Assembly: GCA_964291295.2 (NCBI GenBank)
Contig: OZ219754.1
Span: 3,360,001-3,424,000 of the forward strand
Reading direction: 5' to 3'
Length of the DNA: 64,000 bases
DNA from: an uncultured Candidatus Binatia bacterium
Lineage (GTDB): Bacteria > Desulfobacterota > Binatia > UBA9968 > JAJDTQ01
A program made the position numbers and the translations under genes. The first letter of the stretch is position 1; every line of letters starts with the position of its first letter. This document shows positions 9,921 to 18,334 of this stretch, piece by piece. The notes beneath the pieces were generated by a model. That model had not been told where the DNA came from and made no database searches. It saw nothing but the letters and a program-made list of their open reading frames with translations.

Positions 9921-11096
9921 ATGACTGCATCCCTTTCGTTTTTTCCCGTTGGTAATGGCGACATGACGCTTGTCGAAACCGAGGAGGGCTTCAGGATATT
10001 GATCGACATGAACATCCGGGCCGCCGCGGACGACCCGGACGACGACACACCGGACGTGGCGAAGGAGCTCCGGGACAGGCTGACCCGGGATTCGCAGGAT
10101 CGGCTCCATGTGGATGCGTTGCTCGTCAGCCACCCTGATGAGGACCACTGCCGGGGGCTGTGCAAGCACTTTCACCTGGGTCCGCCGGACGAATGGTCAA
10201 AGCGTACCGACAAGATACTGATCCGGGAGGTCTGGTCGTCGCCAATGGTCTTCCGGCGTGCCTCGCGACAGGACCCGCTGTGCGACGATGCGAAGGCGTT
10301 CAACAGCGAGGCGCGGCGCAGGGTGCGCAAGCACCGTGCGTCGCGGCGGCCGGCCGGCGATGGCGACAGGATCCTCATTCTCGGCGAGGATGAAGGCGGC
10401 AAGACAGACGATCTGCAGGACATTCTGGTACGTGTGGACGACGAATTCTCACACATCAATGGTCGATATGATGGATCGATGCATGCCCGGCTGCTCGCGC
10501 CGCTGCCGGCGGCGGATGTCGATGACGAGGAGGTTCTATCAAAGAACAACTCGAGCACGATCTTGCGATTCTCGTTGAAGGGTGGCGGGATCAGGGATAA
10601 GTGCCGGTTCCTGACAGGGGGCGACGCGGAGGTCGCGATATGGGAGGAACTGTGGGGCCGTCACGGCCGGCAGGCCGACCGGTTGTCCTACTACGACATC
10701 CTGCTGTGCCCGCATCATTGCTCCTGGCACAGTCTGTCGCACTACAGTTGGGGCGAGTTGCGCAACAAGGGCGCAGTCTCGGAGGAGGCCCGGAATGCCC
10801 TGTCGCAGGCAAGGGATGGCGCAACGATCGTGGCGAGCAGCAATCCGATTGAGGACGATGACAACGATCCGCCCTGCATAGGCGCCAAGCAGACATACCA
10901 CGCCATCGCAAAGGGCGCAGCCGGCTCCTTCGAATGCGTCGGAGAGCGACCGTCGAAGAAGTCGCCCGGTGTGATGAAATTCGAGATCGGCGCGCACGGC
11001 GCACGCTTGAGGACCGCGCTCATGGCGGCGCCCGCAGTCTTCGGGGCCGGAGCCGTCGGGCGGCAGGCACTGGCGCACGGCAACGGTACGTCATGA
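9921..11096 (+). CDS. Metallo-beta-lactamase-fold hydrolase (ComEC/Rec2-like) with flexible C-terminal tail
   Basis: FFPVGNGD, SHPDEDHC, GGDAE, PHHCS motifs; tail GAGAVGRQALAHGNGTS; stop overlaps the next ATG (ATGA). Confidence 0.85.
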   Translation: MTASLSFFPVGNGDMTLVETEEGFRILIDMNIRAAADDPDDDTPDVAKELRDRLTRDSQDRLHVDALLVSHPDEDHCRGLCKHFHLGPPDEWSKRTDKILIREVWSSPMVFRRASRQDPLCDDAKAFNSEARRRVRKHRASRRPAGDGDRILILGEDEGGKTDDLQDILVRVDDEFSHINGRYDGSMHARLLAPLPAADVDDEEVLSKNNSSTILRFSLKGGGIRDKCRFLTGGDAEVAIWEELWGRHGRQADRLSYYDILLCPHHCSWHSLSHYSWGELRNKGAVSEEARNALSQARDGATIVASSNPIEDDDNDPPCIGAKQTYHAIAKGAAGSFECVGERPSKKSPGVMKFEIGAHGARLRTALMAAPAVFGAGAVGRQALAHGNGTS

Positions 11097-13474
11097 CCCG
11101 CTCTCGGCCCAATGACGCGATCCGGCGTGCCCTTGCTCTGATCTCCGAACATCCCAACGTCCATGGAATGGATGCACCGCTGTATGACGCGACGAGGGGC
11201 GCGGCCACTGTCGACGTGACCTTCAGGGTCAACCTGCCGAGCGAGTGGCGGCGGCAGGGAGAGAGCCCCTCGGGCGTCAGGAGTCGGGAGGTCGTGCGGT
11301 TCGACTTTTCCGCCGTGTATCCCTTGTATCCACCAGCCTTGTCGCTTCGCGAGGACTTCACCAGAAATCTGCCGCACATGCAGCCGTGGATGACGGACGG
11401 ACGGCCCGTACCGTGCATTTGCGACGGCGATACGGCCGAACTGCTCCACCGGGACGGACTGGTGGGCATCCTCAACCAGATCTCCCTGTGGCTGGAAAAT
11501 GCCGCACTCGGCAAGCTTATCGACCCGGAGCAGGGGTGGGAGCCGGTCCGCCGCGACTCGTTGCACGATGTCGTTATTGCCGACGCAGGGCATTTACGGG
11601 GCTTGGTCAACCGGCAGGGCGACTGGTGATTCCTGAAGGTCAGCTACCTGAAGAGCGCCGCGCTGGATGGAAGCCATCTCTTTCATGGCCAAGTCTTGAA
11701 CGAAGTGATCAGAGTAAATCCAAAGTCGATCGGACAGCACTTTTGTGAGGCAGAACTGAATGGTCATGCCGGACTGAGCTGGGGCATTTCGCTGGCACTG
11801 GTTGCCTGGCCGGGGAAGCGACCGTCGGGCGAGGTCATTGTCAGCGACAGCTATTTCCCGGAGACGGTCGAGACCATCGACGGCATGAAGAAACGCGCGG
11901 CGATGTACGGTTGCGGCCGAGAGCTGGACGACGGGCTGCGCTGGCTCAGAAGGCGTCTGTCGGGCTGCGCGAAAGCGGGGCCGTTTCCGATGCCGGTAAT
12001 CATCCTGGTTCGCCGGCCGTTCCACCTGATCGGAAGCACGAGCCCGATTGAACTCTGCCCGTACATGGTCGAAGTCCATTTGCCCGGTCTGTTCAGTGAC
12101 GGAGGGGCCACGGCCGTACGCGCGGCGGCGCACCGCCACACAATATCCCGGCCGCTTCTCGCCGGAATGGCCGGATGGCCGTCAACGACCGATCAACCGC
12201 GCTGGACGCTCGTGGGCGCAGGCAGCCTCGGCTCGAAGATCGCCCTTCATCTCACCCGCGCGGGCAATGGCCCTGATGTGGTGGTCGATCGGTCGGTGAT
12301 GAGCCCGCACAACGCGGCCCGGCATGCGCTCGTTCCGGTAGCAGGGGACATGCAGATACTCTGGATGGATAGCAAGGCACGGAGTCTATCCCGTGCCTTG
12401 CGCGGCCTGGACCAGGACGCGACGGCGCTGTTGGCGGACGCGGTCACGATGGCGATGGACCGGCAGGACACACAAGGGGCATGGTCGGAAAAGTCCTGGG
12501 CCGTGGTGAATGCCACGGCGTCGCTTGCCGTCCGGGAAGCGATCGGCGCGAGCAAGTGCATCCGTTCGCGGGTGGTCGAGGCATCACTGTTTGCCGGAGG
12601 AGCTCTGGGGGTCATCACAGTCGAGGGACCAAGACGCAATCCGGGCACAACAGATCTGATGGCGGAATTCTACGCAGTGCTGCAGGAGGAGCCGGAGCTC
12701 TCATCCATCGTCTTCGACAACGGACAGGCACTGGCGAGACAGGACACCGGTCACGGATGCGGCTCGCTGACGCTGGCCATGTCGGATGGCCGGTTGTCTT
12801 TGTTTGCTGCGGGGATAGCCGAGTACCTGCTCTGCAGGCAGAAGGATGGACTCCCCGATGAGTGCGGAGAGGTCGTGATCGGGCGGATGTCGGACAACGG
12901 TTTGGGTGTGGCATGGCGGGCAAAGCGAATCCCACCTGTCACCGTTGTGGAAACGAAGAACGGCTCACCCTGGCACATTCATTTGCACCATCGGGCACTG
13001 TCCAAGATGCAGGCGGAGGCCGGACGCTGGCCGAATGCGGAGACTGGGGGCGTGCTCATGGGCCGGCTCTCGGAGGTTTCGCAAGTTGCCCATATCGTGG
13101 ATGTGTTGGACGCTCCAGAGGACAGCGAGCGCTCGTCCGACGAATTCATCCTCGGCAAGCAAGGCCTTGGACGAAGCCTGGAGGACTACTCAACGTCCGT
13201 CGGCTGGTCGCTCTACTGCTTGGGAACGTGGCACAGCCATCTGTCTCCGGGCGGTCCATCGCTCACGGATCGGGCGACGGCAAGAGCAGTGTCGCTGGCG
13301 CGCCTGGCACCCTCCATATTCGTGATCAGGACGCCAACGGGGTTCGAAGCGTTGACGGCGGATGGGGATGATTCCATGGTTCCGGGTGCGGATATGCTCG
13401 CAGGCGGTGAACGAGGACGTGGGAGCCGGGCCTCGCCCGTGCCGTCCGCGACGCCTGTCACTGGTGGGAGGTAG
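11093..13474 (+). CDS. E2-E1(ThiF)-JAB fusion (Cap2/Cap3-like) with one in-frame TGA at 11627-11629; possible pseudogene
   Basis: ORFs 10934-11629 and 11696-13474 share a frame (66-nt gap). E2: YPLYPP..LREDF..NLPH...PVPC. E1: VGAGSLGS, HNAARH, GHGCGS. JAB: ETGGVLMG, GTWHSH..PS.TD. Confidence 0.85.
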
Positions 13475-13479
13475 ACCTC

Positions 13480-14022
13480 ATGGACGCGTTGCTGGACAAA
13501 CTCTCCTCCTACAACATCTTCAACTACCTTCTTCCAGGCAGCCTGTTTGCAGTGATTGCGGATGCCGTGACCGGGGCCGAGTACCGCCTTGTCCAGGAAG
13601 ACATCGTAGTCGGGCTCTTTCTCTACTACTTCATCGGTTTGGTGGTCAGTCGAACAGGATCCCTGATCGTCGAGCCCATTCTGAAGGCAGTCGGATTCGT
13701 TAGGTTCGTCGAATACAGCAAATTTGTCGAAGCCTCAAGGGCCGATCCGAAGATCAACGTGCTTTCCGAAACGAACAACATGTACCGTACTCTATTCGCG
13801 CTCTTTCTTCTTCTGATACTTGTCGCTTTGTTTGACCAATTTGCCTCCTTCCTTCCTTGGCTCGTGGGCGGGTTGTCGTATATCGTCTGGACTGCTCTCC
13901 TGATAATGTTCGTGTTCGCTTATCGAAAACAGACCGACTACATCGTCAGGCGAGTCAATGAAGCCATCCATGAGGAAAAGGCCGGACCCGACGTAGGGGA
14001 TGGGAGTCAGAAGCTGTCCTGA
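13480..14022 (+). CDS. Predicted multi-pass membrane protein, last gene of the MBL/E2-E1-JAB operon
   Basis: GGAGG RBS; about 4 hydrophobic segments (YNIFNYLLPGSLF, LFLYYFIGLVVSR, LFALFLLLILVAL, IVWTALLIMFVFAYRKQ); more T-rich than the flanks. Confidence 0.8.
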   Translation: MDALLDKLSSYNIFNYLLPGSLFAVIADAVTGAEYRLVQEDIVVGLFLYYFIGLVVSRTGSLIVEPILKAVGFVRFVEYSKFVEASRADPKINVLSETNNMYRTLFALFLLLILVALFDQFASFLPWLVGGLSYIVWTALLIMFVFAYRKQTDYIVRRVNEAIHEEKAGPDVGDGSQKLS

Positions 14023-14327
14023 TCGAGAGTAACCGGGGGGAGGGACCGTTCAGGACTGTCCCACGCTGCATGTTTGTGCGGGCGGTGAGGTTTGGGTCAG
14101 GCACTGGCGTTCTTGCGCTGGGGTAGTCATAGTATGGGAATATTGGAACGGATCTGCGATGGGTCGAGCGCGATCCACTGTGAGGCTCCGGAAGGGTACT
14201 CGCTGTTGGAGGTGGAGGTTTGTCTGATGACAGCCGGGGGAGCGTCTGGACTGGGACGTGCTGATGGACACGCATCCTCATCCGGGCTTTCGCCGTCTGG
14301 CAGGCTGCGACCTTCAGAGGCCGTTGG

Positions 14328-14505
14328 CCAGGAGTCTGCGCCGCACAAAATTTTCGTGGGACAGATATCCACCAGAATCCCGCTTGGCGCCCAATTCATG
14401 TCCAATAATGGGACAAGGCTACACGTTTCTGGCATTTTGGACGAAAATCCGGTCATGCTCTCCCACCGGTTGCATCCCGAAGCGTCCTGCGGCACAGGCT
14501 CCTAG
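14328..14505. mobile_element. MITE, 178 bp, family A copy 1
   Basis: TIRs GAGTCTGCGCCGCA / TGCGGCACAGGCTC, flanked by CCAG and CTAG; close to copy 2 at 36384-36561; terminal CTAG contains the amidohydrolase stop. Confidence 0.85.
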
Positions 14506-15527
14506 CAGGTCACGCCGTACAGCCGCTTGGCCGAATCGGCCAGCAGCCACTTCTTCTCCTCGGGAGACAGATCTTCCCGGCGGCCGAGCTGGTCGATGTT
14601 CTCGGGGAACTCCATGTCCCAGTGCGGAAAGTCGGAAGCGTAGTAAAGCACGTCCGGGCTCAGGAACCTGGCGGTCTCGCCGACAAAGGGCTCGTAGTCC
14701 TCGGCGTGAAAGTAGATGTTGCCGCCGCGCACGTACTCGCTGGGTCGCTTCTTGCAGAGCGGCGCTTCCGCCTGGCCGCGCTTCTCCCATTCCTCGTCCA
14801 TGCGCCCGGCCCAGTAGGGTGCCCACGAGCAGCCGGCCTCCATGAACGCCACCCGAAGATCGGGGAAGCGGTCCATCACGCCGCGAAAGATCATGCTGGT
14901 CATCTGCATCATCTGGGCGAAGGCGTGGGACAGGGTGTGCACCTCGATGAACCGGTCGAATCCGTCGGCGCCGAAATACTGCGGCCCGCGCACGGTGGCG
15001 TGCACGCCCACCATGCAGTCGAGCCTCTCTGCCTCCTCGTAGATGGGCCAGTAGTCCTGGTGTCCCAACGGCAGCCGCAGCCCCACGGCCGGCAGCATGA
15101 GTCCGGTGAGGTGCAACTCCCGGACCGCCCGGCGCAACTCCTTGACCGCCTCGGGCACGTCCTGAAAGGACACCAGCGCCACCCCCTTGAGCCTGGGGCT
15201 GACCTTCTGGAACTCTTCGGAGACAAAGTCGTTCCAGGCCTTGCAGAGGGCCACCGCAAGGTCCGGCTCGCGGATCCAGCCGATGCCCAGGCCGCCCGTC
15301 GGATAGAGGTAGGCGGTGGTGAGCCCGCCGTCGTCCATGGCGTCAAGCCAGGTTCTGGCGTCACACGCCGTCGTCCCCAGCGTCCCGCCGATGGAGCGGT
15401 CCCAGTTGTCTATCGGGTAGAGGGTGGCGGTGCGGTCCACCCAGGGCGCCTCCATGTATTTCTTGAGCTGCGCGTCGGTCTCGGTGATGTGTCCGTCCGC
15501 ATCAATGACTTCGACGTCTCTGGCCAT
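14502..15527 (-). CDS. Amidohydrolase_2 family protein
   Basis: GAGGAGG RBS; IDADGHI, YWPIYEEAE, VAFMEAGCSW, YASDFPHWD. Confidence 0.9.
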   Translation of the reverse strand: MARDVEVIDADGHITETDAQLKKYMEAPWVDRTATLYPIDNWDRSIGGTLGTTACDARTWLDAMDDGGLTTAYLYPTGGLGIGWIREPDLAVALCKAWNDFVSEEFQKVSPRLKGVALVSFQDVPEAVKELRRAVRELHLTGLMLPAVGLRLPLGHQDYWPIYEEAERLDCMVGVHATVRGPQYFGADGFDRFIEVHTLSHAFAQMMQMTSMIFRGVMDRFPDLRVAFMEAGCSWAPYWAGRMDEEWEKRGQAEAPLCKKRPSEYVRGGNIYFHAEDYEPFVGETARFLSPDVLYYASDFPHWDMEFPENIDQLGRREDLSPEEKKWLLADSAKRLYGVTC

Positions 15528-15765
15528 GATTCCTCCTCGACGGATTGCCGAAAACCGGCGCAAGCTGCGCCCGATGGCCCTGCCGGCCACCCTTCCGTGA
15601 ACACGCCGGGAGACTCTACGGCCACCCGCGCCGCGCTGTCAACCGTGCTGGAAAGGCCAGGGACGACAACGTGTTCGTCCCGAAGTCCCGGCCGGTGCCG
15701 GACCCGGACGGTTACGGACTGGCCGTCGCGATCCCGCGGCGCTGACCGAAGAACGCCAATTTGTT

Positions 15766-15782
15766 ATATCGATATTCGATAT
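15766..15782. promoter_or_regulatory. Palindromic operator candidate ATATCGA-TAT-TCGATAT
   Basis: Perfect 7-bp inverted repeat in an AT-rich patch 35 nt upstream of the ATPase start, overlapping a TGTTATAT -10-like element. Confidence 0.5.
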
Positions 15783-15817
15783 CGGAGCCGTGCCGACCCG
15801 ACAGCGGGAGACCCGCA

Positions 15818-17029
15818 ATGTCCGACCGCCGCCTGCTTACGCGCATTGCGTTGCGAAACTACAAGAGCATCGGCGCCTGCGATGTGAAGCCGGCGCAGCT
15901 GTCCTTCCTCGTCGGGCCGAACGGCTCCGGCAAAAGCAACTTCCTTGATGCACTCCGATTCACCGCGGAATCCCTCGGTTACTCCATGGACCACGCGCTG
16001 CGCGACCGGGGCGGCATCGGAGATGTCCGCCGGCGCTCGGGCGGCCACCCGACCCATTTCGGCATTCGGCTCGAATTCGCACTTGAGGAATGGACCGGCT
16101 ATTACGCTTTCACGGTCGGGGCCATGAAGCGGGGCGGCTATGAGATTCAGAAGGAAGAATGCCGCGCCGCACCGCGAAACGCCCTCGGCGAGCACCGTTA
16201 CCGAGTCGAGCGGGGCCGTGTGGTCGAAAGCACCTTCGCGACTCCTCCCATTGCCGCCGCCGACCGGTTGTATCTCGTCACGGTCTCGGGTCTGGAGCCC
16301 TTCCGCGCGGTTTACGAATCTCTGGCAACCACCGGTTTCTACAACCTGAGCCCGGAGGCGATCCGGGACCTCCAGCCGCCCGACCCGGGAAAGCTTCTGG
16401 AGCGGGACGGGAAAAATCTGGCCAGCGTCCTGCACAACCTTTCCGAGAACGCTCCCCACTTCAAACAAAGAATCGAGGACTATCTCGGAAAGGTGGTTCC
16501 CGGGATTGCCGGCGTCGAGCGGCGCGCCTTGGGGCCAAAGGAAACCCTGGCATTCCGCCAGAAGGTTCGAGGGGCGCGACATCCCTGGCAGTTCCTTGCC
16601 GGGAACATGTCGGATGGCACACTGCGCGCCCTCGGCATTCTGGTGGCGCTGTTCCAGAGCCGCGCGCAGGACCATGGGAGGCGCCGGCTCGTCGGCATCG
16701 AAGAGCCGGAGATCGCGCTGCATCCCGCCGCCGCCGGCGTGCTGGTGGACAGCCTCCGGGACGCCGCCGAGCATACCCAGATCCTTGTCACCAGCCACAG
16801 CCCGGAACTGCTCGACAATTCGGACATATCGGCGGACCAGATCATCGCGGTCACGGCGGAAAGCGGCGAAAGCCGCATGGGACCGCTGGACGAGACCGGA
16901 CGGTCGGCGTTGAGAGATCGTCTTTACACAGCCGGCGAATTGCTCAGGCTGAACCAACTCGACCCGGTCCCGTCGCTCTCAAGACCGGGTGTCCGCCAAA
17001 TGGACCTGTTCGGCCCGGTGGCCGAATGA
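15818..17029 (+). CDS. ABC-type (AAA_21-like) ATPase
   Basis: LRNYKSI, VGPNGSGKSN, MSDGTLR, GIEEPEIALHP, VTSHSPELL. Confidence 0.9.
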   Translation: MSDRRLLTRIALRNYKSIGACDVKPAQLSFLVGPNGSGKSNFLDALRFTAESLGYSMDHALRDRGGIGDVRRRSGGHPTHFGIRLEFALEEWTGYYAFTVGAMKRGGYEIQKEECRAAPRNALGEHRYRVERGRVVESTFATPPIAAADRLYLVTVSGLEPFRAVYESLATTGFYNLSPEAIRDLQPPDPGKLLERDGKNLASVLHNLSENAPHFKQRIEDYLGKVVPGIAGVERRALGPKETLAFRQKVRGARHPWQFLAGNMSDGTLRALGILVALFQSRAQDHGRRRLVGIEEPEIALHPAAAGVLVDSLRDAAEHTQILVTSHSPELLDNSDISADQIIAVTAESGESRMGPLDETGRSALRDRLYTAGELLRLNQLDPVPSLSRPGVRQMDLFGPVAE

Positions 17030-17628
17030 TGCGCAGGACCGTCCTGGCCATTGTGGAAGGACATGGCGAGGTGTTCGCGCTGCCGGAGTTGATCCGGCGC
17101 ATCGCCCGTGAGGTGTCGCCGGATGTTGTTGTCGAGACGCCCCGGCCCTTCCGGCTGCCGCGCAACAGGATGGTGAAAGATGGCGAATTGGAACGCGCCG
17201 TCACGCTTGCTTCGCGCAAGGCGGGGACCGGCGGATGCATTCTGATATTGCTCGACGCCGACCGCGACTGCCCGGCGGAGCTCGCCCCGCGGCTTCTTGC
17301 CCGCGCTGTGGCGGCCTGTCCGGGCCGGGACATCCGTGCGGTGGTGGCCACGACGGAATACGAAGCCTGGTTCCTGGCAGCCGCCCGCTCGCTCGCCGGG
17401 AAGAACGACCTCGACGAAACCCTTGAGCCGCCGGATAGTCCCGAAGCAATCCGGGACGCCAAGGGCTGGCTCAGCGCCAGAATGCCGCGTGGCCGGAGTT
17501 ATCGGGCAACGCTCCACCAGGCAGCGCTCACGAAAACCTTCGACATGACGGCCGCGCGTCGGCTTTCCCCTTCCTTCGATAAATTGTGGCGGGACATCGG
17601 AAGCCTTCTCCGGCCGCCGCCAGCGTAA
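17026..17628 (+). CDS. DUF4276-like TOPRIM-fold protein
   Basis: ATGA overlap with the ATPase; AIVEGHGE, ILLDADRDCP, EYEAWFLAA, SPSFDKL. Confidence 0.8.
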   Translation: MMRRTVLAIVEGHGEVFALPELIRRIAREVSPDVVVETPRPFRLPRNRMVKDGELERAVTLASRKAGTGGCILILLDADRDCPAELAPRLLARAVAACPGRDIRAVVATTEYEAWFLAAARSLAGKNDLDETLEPPDSPEAIRDAKGWLSARMPRGRSYRATLHQAALTKTFDMTAARRLSPSFDKLWRDIGSLLRPPPA

Positions 17629-17639
17629 GCCCGCAGTTT

Positions 17640-17800
17640 CGGCACAGATGGCAGGCGACCGTGTGGGGCTTCGCGACGTGGCGAAGCCCCGTGGATTCGA
17701 CCCGGGAGCGTTCCTCCGCATGGGGGACGGCGTGTGCGGAAGTGGCAGCCGGACCGGCGGTTGATCGGACTTGGCACATCGCCATGGAGCAGCGTCTTTT
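17640..17800 (-). pseudogene. Remnant of an oligopeptide ABC ATPase C-terminus
   Basis: LLHGDVPSPINRRSGCHFRTR and HTVACHL in two different minus frames. Confidence 0.65.
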
Positions 17801-17837
17801 TCCAGCGCAATCGCAGGTAGGGTACCGCCTCGGCCAA

Positions 17838-17896
17838 GCGCCCGTCACTCGCCGCGCCACCGCGGCGTCCGCTTCTCCACGAAGGCTCGTGCGCCC
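17838..17896. repeat. 59-bp direct repeat copy 1 (3' end of the enoyl-CoA hydratase gene)
   Basis: 53/59 identical by manual alignment to 21914-21972; minus strand encodes GARAFVEKRTPRWRGE-stop. Confidence 0.85.
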
Positions 17897-17971
17897 ACGA
17901 CGGGTTTTGTCAGCCTGGTGATAAGCGTGAAGTGGTGGCGACGCTGACCATTTCATTTTCGATATGGCAGT

Positions 17972-18334
17972 ATGTCGGTCATGGCGAAGCTGCCGGCGCT
18001 CGATTCGTCCATTGATCTGCACGCGGTCAAGGTGCTTCCAACCTTGGGTTCGCACGAGCACCGGGACCGAATGTTCGAGGCGCATCACGGTACGCAGCGG
18101 GGTTACGCTGTGAACGAGGATCTGGCGCTGATGCCCGGGCTCCTTTTCCACACCGCGGCGCCGATGCACAGCCGCGAGAACATGCGCGCCGTGGCGGAAG
18201 GGGTCGGGGCAATGGACTGCGAAAAGGCAGCGTACTGGCTGGACATGGCGACGCACCGCAGGTATCCGCGCCGGGCACTGGCGTCGTTGCGATGCCGGCT
18301 GCCGGTGCCCGAGACGAGGGAGTGGCGATCATGA
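17972..18334 (+). CDS. Hypothetical protein, possibly degraded; resembles small proteins of DUF499/DUF1156 defence loci
   Basis: ENMRAVAEGV.AM..E.AAYWL.MA.HR..PRR motif recalled from such loci; stop overlaps the next ATG. Confidence 0.45.
   Translation: MSVMAKLPALDSSIDLHAVKVLPTLGSHEHRDRMFEAHHGTQRGYAVNEDLALMPGLLFHTAAPMHSRENMRAVAEGVGAMDCEKAAYWLDMATHRRYPRRALASLRCRLPVPETREWRS

Noticed and set aside
17897-18330. Retron msr/msd upstream of PtuAB
   Set aside because: No reverse transcriptase in the window and no a1/a2 inverted repeats recognised.
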